This document shows, piece by piece, positions 28,102 to 37,182 of a DNA stretch of 55,726 bases. This DNA comes from a virus. Lineage: Duplodnaviria > Heunggongvirae > Uroviricota > Caudoviricetes. The notes beneath the pieces were generated by a model. It was not told the DNA's origin. It saw only the letters and a list, made by a program, of their open reading frames with translations, and searched no databases. The translations under genes and the position numbers were made by a program. Positions within the stretch are counted from its first letter, which is position 1; every line of letters starts with the position of its first letter. The stretch lies in the IMG/VR virus record IMGVR_UViG_2916199983_000001; one strand, 5' to 3'.

Positions 28102-28671
28102 CTAGTTGTTCAGATAGGCATCAGGAACGCGGACATAAAAGTTTCTGTCGCCGGTCAGTTCCAGAGTAACGTTAATGTCATTGCCGTTATCCAGCGTAGC
28201 CGTCGCTTTATAGAACTTGTCCGTCACCTTGTCCTGAATTGTCACCTTCATACATTTCGGCGCTGTGGTTCCGTTATTCTCTTTCAGAATGGTCGTTACG
28301 AGAGGACAAGCCGCTTCTTCAAGAGCAACCTCTTCCTGGTGCGGGATGCCGATAAAGATGATGCAAGCCAGCGAAGCGACAATGACGATAAACGGAATCC
28401 GACTCCCTTTTGTGATGGTCGCACGCTTCCAGAGATAGACCGGCAGGAAGAGTACGCCCCACAAAATGGCCGGTGGTTCATAGCCTGCTTCTGAGAGTGC
28501 CATTCTGTCGGCCACCAGCAAACCGATGACGGCAACACCGCCAATGACCATTGCGTAATTGAAGTACTCGTCTGGCGGTACGCCAAAGAAGAGAGGCAGG
28601 AACGCTAATATCCACGCATAAATATTTTTCAGAGGTTTTGTTTGTTGGTTCTGGGTTTCCATCACATCCAT
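28102..28671 (-). CDS. Membrane protein (about 4 TM helices plus soluble C-terminal domain)
   Basis: Hydrophobic segments, PVYLWKR motif, C-terminal Cys pair. Confidence 0.75.
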   Translation of the reverse strand: MDVMETQNQQTKPLKNIYAWILAFLPLFFGVPPDEYFNYAMVIGGVAVIGLLVADRMALSEAGYEPPAILWGVLFLPVYLWKRATITKGSRIPFIVIVASLACIIFIGIPHQEEVALEEAACPLVTTILKENNGTTAPKCMKVTIQDKVTDKFYKATATLDNGNDINVTLELTGDRNFYVRVPDAYLNN

Positions 28672-28748
28672 TCCATCAGATTAAAACAGTGGTCATATGT
28701 TACCAATTTTCCTCGCTTATATAACCTGATTACTCAACGGGTGGGCGA

Positions 28749-29069
28749 TCACCAATCCCATGCAGGCAGCCCATCCACCATCTCGGCGTCGCAATCGAAG
28801 TGAACCGCGTCATAGCCGGCATCCAGTACCTTCTGAATGTTCTCGATGGTTTGCCATGTGACGCCGTAATCACGTAGCTCTTCTTTCCAGTCGTTGCCAC
28901 GCATACCTGCGCGGACAATCCATCCGTACTCCGTGCCGTGTACCCAATTCAGTCCACGATCTGTTAGTGGGTCGAAACAGATATTAGGCAGACACTCAGA
29001 GTCATGCTGTGTAACGTGGGCGGTGCTGATCACCGCCGTCTTATACGATTCGGTGATTTTCAGCATCAT
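28749..29069 (-). CDS. Hypothetical protein
   Basis: 106 aa ORF coupled to upstream gene; ISTAHVT...YGW...FDCD pattern. Confidence 0.7.
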   Translation of the reverse strand: MMLKITESYKTAVISTAHVTQHDSECLPNICFDPLTDRGLNWVHGTEYGWIVRAGMRGNDWKEELRDYGVTWQTIENIQKVLDAGYDAVHFDCDAEMVDGLPAWDW

Positions 29070-29302
29070 GCCTTCTCCTTTGGAAACAGAATGTCGGCCG
29101 TGTCAGAAATGACATCCCAATTCACACCGACGCTGGCGTCATGGCACTCTTTGATTTTTCGCAAAACCTGAACGCACTGTTTGTCAGTCAGATCTGGTCG
29201 CACTTCACCTACATCTTCCTTGTGCCACATTACCATCAGCAGCGGCTCGTCTTCTGGGTAGTTCTCCAGCTTTTCGATGATGTCTTTTGCGGTTCCGAAC
29301 AT
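29066..29302 (-). CDS. Hypothetical protein
   Basis: AGGAG RBS behind cassette 29315; start MFGTAKD. Confidence 0.7.
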   Translation of the reverse strand: MFGTAKDIIEKLENYPEDEPLLMVMWHKEDVGEVRPDLTDKQCVQVLRKIKECHDASVGVNWDVISDTADILFPKEKA

Positions 29303-29387
29303 GATTAACTCCTTAAACAACTTGTTTTCTTGTTGGCGTTATTATCTAAAATAACAAAAGGCAGAAAACAAGATGTTTAAGGGATGA

Positions 29388-29654
29388 TTAGGTGAGTTTG
29401 AAGTCGTCCGCATCGTCGACGAACTCCATAAATCTGGCCTCCACGCTTGAGTGCGTTATCAGAAACTCAAGACCCCTTCCAAGCGAGGTTGGTTCTTCCA
29501 GCAAAAACTCGAACCCATCTTCATGAGTCCTGCCTAACCAGTATCCGCCGCCATACTCCTTCAATCGTTGAAAGAAAACGTACTGCCCCGGTTTGAAATT
29601 TTGAAGAGTCTCGCCCCTATAAACGATCTGATAGTTTGAGTCTTTGAGTCCCAT
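29388..29654 (-). CDS. LexA-box-controlled small hypothetical protein
   Basis: MGLKDSNYQIVYRGE...; GAGGG RBS directly after SOS box. Confidence 0.75.
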   Translation of the reverse strand: MGLKDSNYQIVYRGETLQNFKPGQYVFFQRLKEYGGGYWLGRTHEDGFEFLLEEPTSLGRGLEFLITHSSVEARFMEFVDDADDFKLT

Positions 29655-29668
29655 TTTTTCGCCCTCAA

Positions 29669-29711
29669 TACTGTATATACAAACAGTAGTATTTATTACT
29701 ATACCGGTCAA
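29669..29711 (-). promoter_or_regulatory. SOS promoter: LexA box overlapping the -10
   Basis: TACTGTATATACAAACAGTA (29669-29688); TTGACC-17nt-TACTGT on minus strand. Confidence 0.9.
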
Positions 29712-29841
29712 CTTTGCGGGTTAAGGGAATAACAAGGTGGTGAAAACAATTTGTTTCGGCACTTGAGATTTTGCAAACCGCACATACATGAAAAGCGGCA
29801 ATTTTTGAAACCTGATTTGACCCAAGTGAAAGGAGGAAACG

Positions 29842-30045
29842 ATGAAGACCTATGATCGCAACCGTAACGCTATCACTACCGGCAGCCGAGTGATGGTGGC
29901 AACGAATGGTGCAACGGGAGTCATCAAGGAAATCTGCGGAGAAGGCAAATCAGAAGAACAATTACGCCGTTCTGACTGCGTGTCTATCGAAGGTGTGGAG
30001 GGTCTGTTCTGCCCAATGGATTTAGTTCGCCTGGGATTCCATTAA
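29842..30045 (+). CDS. ydfZ: YdfZ family protein (putative selenium-binding)
   Basis: MKTYDRNRNAITTGSRVMV...DLVRLG closely matches E. coli YdfZ as recalled; AGGAGG RBS. Confidence 0.85.
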   Translation: MKTYDRNRNAITTGSRVMVATNGATGVIKEICGEGKSEEQLRRSDCVSIEGVEGLFCPMDLVRLGFH

Positions 30046-30072
30046 TTTAATAATCTAGAAAACAAATTGTTT

Positions 30073-30092
30073 AAGGCCACTACTGTGGCCTT
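30073..30092. terminator. Hairpin between convergent genes
   Basis: AAGGCCAC-TACT-GTGGCCTT. Confidence 0.6.
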
Positions 30093-30095
30093 CAT

Positions 30096-30467
30096 TTACT
30101 CTGCGATAAGCGATCCAATCATCGCCTGTAGCTCTCGTTCTTTTTCTTTGGCTACACGGAGTAATTCGGCATTTACATGACGTTGCAGCTTATCCATTAC
30201 GCGGAACGACGGACGGCGCATGACGCTCTCGTCGATGGCTTTGGTATTCAAGCTAATAAGATGCCCGAAGTGGTTGAAGCCAGCCCCGACGAACACTTCA
30301 TATAGCTGGGCATCGCGCTCAAACAGAGCGATCCCATTTCGCACCTCAAGCAGCGTTCCTTCCTCAATAAGCGTATCCAGCGCCTTATCCCAGACCGGAC
30401 AAAAGCGATAATTGAAACCTTCCAGTAATGCTGTAAAAAACAGCGAAACGGCATTACCCAACTTCAT
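30096..30467 (-). CDS. Hypothetical protein
   Basis: 123 aa ORF in leftward operon. Confidence 0.7.
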   Translation of the reverse strand: MKLGNAVSLFFTALLEGFNYRFCPVWDKALDTLIEEGTLLEVRNGIALFERDAQLYEVFVGAGFNHFGHLISLNTKAIDESVMRRPSFRVMDKLQRHVNAELLRVAKEKERELQAMIGSLIAE

Positions 30468-30469
30468 AG

Positions 30470-30751
30470 TTACTCTTCCTTACTCCTTGCTCTGTTAGCC
30501 TGCACTTCCTTAGCCAGCTCGTAGGTAATTTTGCACGGCACAATCATCGCCCAGCCTTTTTCGTGGCTGTTAATCACCTGCTGAACATGGCCGTCTGTAA
30601 TGGGCAGATCCGGCAACTGTTTAAAAACTTCCATCTGCTCATGGATATGCAGAAACCACCTTGCCAGCTCCATCTGCTCACCGCGGGTGAGGGGATTATC
30701 CAGCGGGGACTTAACAAAAGCGGAGACGCGCTCGACAGGCAGATCATTCAT
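30470..30751 (-). CDS. Hypothetical protein
   Basis: ATGA overlap with upstream gene. Confidence 0.7.
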   Translation of the reverse strand: MNDLPVERVSAFVKSPLDNPLTRGEQMELARWFLHIHEQMEVFKQLPDLPITDGHVQQVINSHEKGWAMIVPCKITYELAKEVQANRARSKEE

Positions 30752-31437
30752 GCCGCGCACCTCTCTGCTTTATCCTGCAATTCGCGGACATACTCGACCA
30801 AAGAGCCGCCTGGTGGGACCTGGCATTCCTCAACTAACTGGAAGTAGATGTCTGCGGCCGCGCGTGTGTTCGAGCCTTTGTTTAGCTGCTCTTCGCGCAG
30901 CGCATCACGTTCGTTGATCAAACGAACACACTCGCCGTTACGCTGATCAACAACGGCCTCAAGTTCAGCGATACGTTCGCCTGGCGTCTTGCCTTCTTTG
31001 CGCTGGATGGTGACGGTAAACTCGCCCATTTCAGGAACGTTGTATCCCAGCTCCAGGTAATTTCTGGCGCCGCTGCGGACGAACTCACCTGCGAACATGG
31101 TGGCGAACATCGCAGAGGCCATCTCTCCTTTGAAAAGCGACTCCAGAGCTAACGGAGTGCCGGCAGACAGAGCCTCTTTTGCTGTGTCCATTGCGTCCAT
31201 GAACCGGTCGAACTCATTGGCGCGTTTCTCAAGGTCTCTCCACTGCTGGCTCCAACGGCGTGCCAGATGTTCGATAAAAACCTGCGCCGATTCATCAAAG
31301 TTACCTTCGAACGTCACAAGCTCCTTGTCGATTTTGATGGTTCCGGCAGGCGTTCCTTCGTTCCCCTGTAGCACTAAATTAAATGGCAGCTTCGCCTGAT
31401 TAACGCTGGCGAATGTAATTCTCGATTTTTCGCTCAT
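30748..31437 (-). CDS. Hypothetical coiled-coil protein (Ead/Ea22-like segment)
   Basis: FTVTIQRKEGKTPGERIAELE segment is common in lambdoid Ead/Ea22-type proteins. Confidence 0.6.
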   Translation of the reverse strand: MSEKSRITFASVNQAKLPFNLVLQGNEGTPAGTIKIDKELVTFEGNFDESAQVFIEHLARRWSQQWRDLEKRANEFDRFMDAMDTAKEALSAGTPLALESLFKGEMASAMFATMFAGEFVRSGARNYLELGYNVPEMGEFTVTIQRKEGKTPGERIAELEAVVDQRNGECVRLINERDALREEQLNKGSNTRAAADIYFQLVEECQVPPGGSLVEYVRELQDKAERCAA

Positions 31438-31495
31438 GTGTTCACCTCTGATAAAGTGGCTCTATTCTTACATAAATTAGGTAAGTATTTACCTA

Positions 31496-33181
31496 TCATT
31501 TTACGCGTTTGAAAACGTATACGCTTACAGTGATTCCGGTGTCTTCAAACTCGTCAGTAAACGACTTCCCTTTGGCATAAACGTAATTATCCAGCGTCAT
31601 CCAGTTCAGAGCTGGCGCATCACCCGGCAGTACTGCCACCAGTCGCCCGCCGACTTTAAGATGCTCCAGCGCGGTCAGCGTATGCTCTCTGTGACGGCCA
31701 AGAGAGTAGGGCGGGTTCATGACGATTTTGTCGAACTGATAGCCTGCGTTGTCCTCAGACCACTTCATGAAGTCGCAGCAGACCGTATTTGTGTACCCCT
31801 TGCCAATCAGGATATCAGCGAAGAGAGGTGCGACTTCTATGCAGGTAACGTCTTCCGGATTGGCGTCGATGCAGGCCAACAGATCTCCGCGCCCGGCTTC
31901 AGGCTCCAGCAGCTTCTCACCTGACTTCAGCTCGATGGCTCTGGCAACGTACTCCGCTATCAAACGCGGGGTAGGGTAGAACTGGTGTGATTTTGTATCC
32001 GGTATTAAGCCAGTGGCCACAATCGTATTTAGCGTATGACCGATCTCATACGGGAACTGCCAGTGCTTTTTCTCCTGCACACCGCCAATGAAGTTCAGTG
32101 TGCGCTCAAGCTCTTCCACCTGTGACTTCTGTAGGTTGGAATCAGAGAAGTACCAGACGCCTTTGTCTTTGCTGAATCGCCCGTCGCGCAGCGCGGTACG
32201 AACCGGCTCGGAGATCGTCTTCTGGATTAACCCGAACTCTTTTGGTGCCGGTGTTTTGGGTGCAGTACGGCATGGCGCCGGGATTGCTGCAGGCATACTG
32301 TAAGCCAGCACCTCATTCAGCTTCCAGGCCACGTCAGGATGTATTTCAAAGTGAACGTTGCCGTTCTTGAACATCTTCACGCGCATCAGGTTTCCGTCGA
32401 CATTCATCCAGTCACCGGTCTGGCAGTCGTTTGCCCGGTACGCAGCTGATAGCATCTCAGTTGTGCGGTTGATGGTGATGAACTCTTTGTGCGCGAAGAA
32501 ATGAAGCATGACGCGCAGGTCGTCGATGTAGTCCTCTTTCCGGTAGTTCACGCTCACGCTGTCCCGCCAGAACTCGGAAATGAAGTTGGCGATGATCAGA
32601 CGCTCGCTAAAGCCGTTCGTCTTATTGGTCTTGTGGGCAGGACTCAGCGCCTTAAACAAGCCATACACGCGCTCAGAGAGATATTTGTGCCTGTCATTCA
32701 GCAGATTGAGCATCGTGGGGATGACCGTTTCTGCTTTGAACTCCGGCACGCCAACGAACTCCTTAACCTTCATCTGGTAGCCGGTTCTGTCAGTCCTGAT
32801 GGTTTCCTGTTTGCCTTCGATGAACTGCTCACGCCACTCGTCGCGGCGGGAAGCTGGCATGATCAGCAGAACGTTTGTCATATCCGTGACCTTCTTCCAG
32901 TACTCGGCCCAGATATTCTGTTTCACCCATTCAAGGTCGACCTTGTCCAGCCAGGCTCTGTTAAAGCGTGTGCGCTCGTCATCCGGCCGGTGGTTGAGTC
33001 GCAGTAGGCGGTTAATCATGTTGTGGCGTTCGTCGCCATAAATGAAGTCGTGAACCTGATGCATGAATGCGATCTCTTTCTCGCACTCGGCCACAATTTC
33101 GTGGATGACGTTCATTTCCTGCCGGTAGTCGATATCAGTGTTTGGGGTGATAGCGTCAATGATAGAAAGAGCTGTATTCAT
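31496..33181 (-). CDS. DUF4942-type protein with C-terminal N6-adenine methyltransferase domain
   Basis: HQFYPTP, LEPEAGRGDL (motif I), DKIVMNPPY (motif IV), LKVGGRLVAVLP. Confidence 0.85.
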   Translation of the reverse strand: MNTALSIIDAITPNTDIDYRQEMNVIHEIVAECEKEIAFMHQVHDFIYGDERHNMINRLLRLNHRPDDERTRFNRAWLDKVDLEWVKQNIWAEYWKKVTDMTNVLLIMPASRRDEWREQFIEGKQETIRTDRTGYQMKVKEFVGVPEFKAETVIPTMLNLLNDRHKYLSERVYGLFKALSPAHKTNKTNGFSERLIIANFISEFWRDSVSVNYRKEDYIDDLRVMLHFFAHKEFITINRTTEMLSAAYRANDCQTGDWMNVDGNLMRVKMFKNGNVHFEIHPDVAWKLNEVLAYSMPAAIPAPCRTAPKTPAPKEFGLIQKTISEPVRTALRDGRFSKDKGVWYFSDSNLQKSQVEELERTLNFIGGVQEKKHWQFPYEIGHTLNTIVATGLIPDTKSHQFYPTPRLIAEYVARAIELKSGEKLLEPEAGRGDLLACIDANPEDVTCIEVAPLFADILIGKGYTNTVCCDFMKWSEDNAGYQFDKIVMNPPYSLGRHREHTLTALEHLKVGGRLVAVLPGDAPALNWMTLDNYVYAKGKSFTDEFEDTGITVSVYVFKRVK

Positions 33182-33323
33182 GATTGCACCATTAAACAAA
33201 TTGTTTTCTTGTTGGTGTTATTTTCCCAAACTAGAAAAGGCGTAAAAGCAGCATTCACAGGCGTTGCAGCTGATTTAAGGCGTAAAAATGGGGGGCTTTC
33301 GCCCCCTGTCGGCAGGTGAGAAA

Positions 33324-33896
33324 TTAGTGGTGTACGTGCTGCGTTTTGTGCGGCTGTTTGTTCAGGTCGTGGCGATGCGTAAGCTCGCGCATCATGTCTT
33401 CAAGACGACTCTTGGTGTCGTCAAGCTGGTCGGCCATTGCCCCCAGCAGCTGGCGAACGGCCATCGGATCGTCGCTGTTCAGCTCAGGCATTTTGAACCC
33501 AGACTGTGAAGACATCAGTTTGAAAGCGGCCAGCAACATCGCCAGAGAAGACTTCAACCCGGCGATTTCACGATCTTTGCTGGCGTTGGTTTCATCTGCC
33601 TTGACTGAATCCGGTGAGCACTTCGGCTTGCTTACCATTTCCAGAGTTGCCTGAAGTTTGTCGGCGCGTTCTTTCTCTTCCAGATACGCTTCGCCGAAAT
33701 GACGCGCCAGCATCACAATTTCAATAGGATCATCAATCATGCTAGAGAACTTGAGAGCGCTGAAAAGGCGGTCGATAGGGGAGGCGTAGTCTTCGTGACC
33801 AACCACAAGACCCATGATCTCAACCAGTTCGGCCGCACCAACTTTTTTAATCACGCTTTCAACTTTGGCATTAGTTTTTTTGCATTTTTCGCACAT
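33324..33896 (-). CDS. Hypothetical coiled-coil protein
   Basis: ORF behind cassette 33918; terminator GGGGGC/GCCCCC at 33291-33306. Confidence 0.7.
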   Translation of the reverse strand: MCEKCKKTNAKVESVIKKVGAAELVEIMGLVVGHEDYASPIDRLFSALKFSSMIDDPIEIVMLARHFGEAYLEEKERADKLQATLEMVSKPKCSPDSVKADETNASKDREIAGLKSSLAMLLAAFKLMSSQSGFKMPELNSDDPMAVRQLLGAMADQLDDTKSRLEDMMRELTHRHDLNKQPHKTQHVHH

Positions 33897-34013
33897 GTGT
33901 TTTTTCCTTATGTTTTTAAACAAGTTGTTTTCTAGATGGCGTTATTATGGCGTGACTGAAAAGGTGGGCAAACGCTACGTAAAGGCGGACGCCCACGCTG
34001 AAGGTCTTCATTG

Positions 34014-34202
34014 TTAAAAAAATCCGAGAATGCTACCCACCGGAACAACGAAAATTCCCACGACACGCGCAAGTGTCATTCCGGCATCAAACTGAAGATC
34101 GCCACCGTTCACGAGTTTCACCAGATTCATGATCCAGCCACCAAGCAGAAAAATGGCGAAGCCAACAATCATCTCGATGACTTTCTGGAAGCTCCATTTC
34201 AT
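34014..34202 (-). CDS. Small membrane protein
   Basis: Two hydrophobic segments, GW..N...L and ARVVGIFV.P.G motifs. Confidence 0.7.
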   Translation of the reverse strand: MKWSFQKVIEMIVGFAIFLLGGWIMNLVKLVNGGDLQFDAGMTLARVVGIFVVPVGSILGFF

Positions 34203-34211
34203 GCAATAGCC

Positions 34212-34706
34212 TCAGTCACAGCAGAAGGAAGATCCGGAGTTGCAGGTCGAGCTGGAATCGTGTCCAGCAGCATCCCATCCAGAGAGACAGGGGGTCGTTC
34301 TGGCAGTGGTGTCGTCTGCAGGGTTGTAGTGGAAGTAGTTGTGTCCGGTATCAACAGACTCTGACCGGCTGGTACGGCTACCGCTGCCAGGGTTGCTAAA
34401 ATTACTCCGTAGGCCATTGGCTTCAGTCGATTTCGTTGAAAATTTTCCATGAGAACTGTCCTTGTGTGCCTGGGATTCACGCAACACACGAGAGGCGACG
34501 GAATCACGCACCTTCTCCATGCCTACTGTCGCGCCCAGATTTGCTATGGCGGTAGCTTGCGCATCAATGCGCTTCTCCAGCTCAAACACTCGTTCTTCCA
34601 GTTCCGCAAGGCGTGCAGAAACACAACCGCTAAACAGCTCGGCCAGAACCAGGCGAATTGAACGGGGACGTTTATTGAAAGAAGTGAAAGGCGTTTGACG
34701 TGCCAT
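34212..34706 (-). CDS. Hypothetical protein, coiled coil plus Ser-rich tail
   Basis: 164 aa; low-complexity Ser/Gly/Cys C-terminus seen in phage accessory proteins. Confidence 0.65.
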   Translation of the reverse strand: MARQTPFTSFNKRPRSIRLVLAELFSGCVSARLAELEERVFELEKRIDAQATAIANLGATVGMEKVRDSVASRVLRESQAHKDSSHGKFSTKSTEANGLRSNFSNPGSGSRTSRSESVDTGHNYFHYNPADDTTARTTPCLSGWDAAGHDSSSTCNSGSSFCCD

Positions 34707-34830
34707 TTGGATTCCATTCAGTGTCAGAAAGAGTTGCGGCTGGCCAAGCCAGCCGCCTTTTGGCGTTCCATCCTAGAACAGTACCTAACCGGTACTTCGT
34801 CATCCTGACGAACGGTAAGATACCTGATTT

Positions 34831-34862
34831 AAAATGATAGGTAAATACTTACCTATCATTTT
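34831..34862. promoter_or_regulatory. Longest copy of the 18-bp palindrome family (32 bp)
   Basis: AAAATGATAGGTAA-ATAC-TTACCTATCATTTT, perfect 14-bp arms. Confidence 0.85.
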
Positions 34863-35100
34863 GTGACAAAAATCCAATGTCACGCTTGTGAGGCATATCG
34901 GCTGCGGAGTAGGCGGCGATCAGAGCAGGCCGTTCAATAGATCTGCTTTGAGAGAGGATTGGACCAAGCCCTAGATAACGAGAGAGCACGGTGCTAATAC
35001 CCAAGACGACAACAGACGAGTTCATGGCAACATTTTGGAAGGTATCTTCGTATCATGATGTGGTTAAATAGACACAATTTAACCCAATGGAATTTTAGCC

Positions 35101-35703
35101 ATGCTAACCTTCTGGCACGAATATTCAGATCTCATCTCCGCATTTTTAGCGGCTCTTTTAGGTGGCTGTTTCACGATGAAAGGAGTGACAGCTCAGGTGA
35201 AACAGCAGGCAAAACAGCAGGCAACAGCGGCCAGAGAGAAGCGTATAACAACGCTATTGGGTGTCAGAGAGGAAATAGACTCACTGATTAAGTTGTATAA
35301 GGCCAGAATTGAAGAGGAAATCAAACAATACGACCGGAACTCACCGTTCGATAACATTTTCCCCATTACTCAAAACTACTTCACTTTCTATGAAGCTAAC
35401 TCGGCATCTCTACCTGAAGTTCATAGAGAAACACTATCAAAAATTGTGGCTTTTTATACAAGCGCAAGAAGCCTAATTGATTCCTATCGCGGTAATAATG
35501 CCCTTATCGAAAGGCTGGACTCCACGCAGGTTGCCAGTGACATTACTGGCAACAAAGAGCATCTTGCACACCTGAAAAGATACACAATCCTAGCCACAGA
35601 GTACGGCCGCGGATTAATGATGATTCATGAAGAGGTCATGCTGCGCTATAAACAGGTTATAGAAGCCATCGATGGTGAAATCTCGCAGCTACAATGCAGT
35701 TAG
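35101..35703 (+). CDS. Hypothetical protein with N-terminal TM helix (foreign insert)
   Basis: 200 aa, AT-richer codons, flanked by short palindromes. Confidence 0.8.
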   Translation: MLTFWHEYSDLISAFLAALLGGCFTMKGVTAQVKQQAKQQATAAREKRITTLLGVREEIDSLIKLYKARIEEEIKQYDRNSPFDNIFPITQNYFTFYEANSASLPEVHRETLSKIVAFYTSARSLIDSYRGNNALIERLDSTQVASDITGNKEHLAHLKRYTILATEYGRGLMMIHEEVMLRYKQVIEAIDGEISQLQCS

Positions 35704-35714
35704 TACTACAGCCT

Positions 35715-35780
35715 GTCCGCTTATGGCGCGTAGCGGACTAGCTCATTGGGCAGAAGGTCCGCTCTGAGCGAAAAGCGGAC
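35715..35780. repeat. Tandem GTCCGCT-N10-AGCGGAC palindromes
   Basis: Exact copies at 35715-35738 and 35757-35780. Confidence 0.85.
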
Positions 35781-35829
35781 GCCCGCATAGCGTAAACAGG
35801 CGTCTGATATTTTGATATGGATTGATGAC

Positions 35830-36180
35830 TTAACCCCTTCCCCGCTTCGTCAATGACTTTCTCGTCATTATCTTTGGTAAATGATCCTTTTGCCTTTCCG
35901 GTAGAATACTCAGCATTATTTCTGAAGAGCGGCAAAGACGAGTGCCTTGCCATGAGTTCACCATAATTTCATCTGCGCCCGTGCGGCGAACCAGATCCCT
36001 GAGCCCGTCACGGACGACCTCCGGTTTGCCCCATACGGATTCACGCAGCTGATAATATTTTGCGGTCAGTTCATCAGCGGTATCACTAGTCATTGCCCGT
36101 GAGCGGGTCATGGGGGCCATAACGACGCGGTTTACCAGGTCAGTATCACCGGTCTGAAACGGGGTAAATAATTTTTCCAT
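35830..36180 (-). pseudogene. Chimeric remnant: OYE/NemA-type alkene reductase N-terminus fused to LLM-class flavin oxidoreductase C-terminus
   Basis: LFTPF...LVNRVVMAPMTRSRA (OYE start, strong RBS) joined near 36049 to GKPEVVRDGLRDLVRRTGADEIMV (LLM end). Confidence 0.75.
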
Positions 36181-36455
36181 TTTTATCTCCTTTGCTGGAG
36201 GAAATATGATGGTCTCAGCTACGGAATAAAAAAACAGTAGTCTGTTCCGAACTGAGTAGACATAATTTCTACATTTAGTGTTCTCCTGGTATTAAACCGA
36301 AATATTTGATTGTAGGCGATGTCTTACGTAGAGATAAAGCCTGCTGCAAAAGTGATGAAGACTCAGTATGTTCTCTTCTAATACAAAGCAGACGCCCATT
36401 CTCATGCAGACGCTTTGTTCTTGTCTCGCTAGCAACCAAATCGCTTGCTCCACAA

Positions 36456-37143
36456 CTATGATTGCTTATTAGCGTTTTCATCAAAAAACAAATCAAAATA
36501 AATTGATTTTATGAATTCTCTATCGGAGTCTATATGGTCAGCGCGATTTGCATGCTCTAATGTTTCAATTGCCAGAGTGTGCGCGGCATCAGCAAACATC
36601 TCAGGCCAACCCGTACTCAGCATAGATAGCCCTTTGAGCACTCTTATCTGAATCTCTCTCATACTGGCACCATCGCGTGCGACAGGTGAGAAAAAGTCTT
36701 CCAGGAGATCGTTGTTCTGAAGTGGCGCAACGTGTACTGAAGGATAGGTCACTTCAATTTCATGAGACTTATTCTGCGCGTAAGCAGAAAGTATACGAAC
36801 ACCTCTGCCAATGACATCGATTGCGGTTCCAGGATCGTTCACTGCGGGTGAAAGGGCTCTGCAGGCTATTTCGGCCATGACGCTAAGACAAAATCGGGGA
36901 TCCTGAGCAAATGAACGCACATCCGAGACAATGATCGTCTCAAGTAAATCGGCGCAGATTGATGACTCCTGGCCCTGACTCAGGTACAAAGCTGGCATGG
37001 ACGGATGAATGAAACTGCCTGGTTGCGCCACAAGGTATACATGACGAGGATCATTGGCCAGCAGCTTGCTGAGTTTCTCCATATCAATATATTCAACATA
37101 GCCAATCTTCTTCGGATAAACTGCAACCGTTCCTTTCGGCTGT
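36456..37143 (-). pseudogene. DUF2254-family membrane protein, 5' part removed at IS end
   Basis: RSFAQDPRF and RALSPAVNDPGTAID motifs; reading frame runs into IS terminal repeat. Confidence 0.75.
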
Positions 37144-37182
37144 TGGTAATACCCCCATTTTTGACGGAGGTGATAAGTAGAA

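Noticed and set aside
29740-29835. FNR box upstream of ydfZ
   Set aside because: Only partial matches to TTGAT-N4-ATCAA
35715-35780. Integron attC site
   Set aside because: No RYYYAAC/GTTRRRY core pair and no integrase seen
36275-36496. 73 aa ORF in the insert
   Set aside because: No RBS or recognisable motif; intergenic AT-rich DNA
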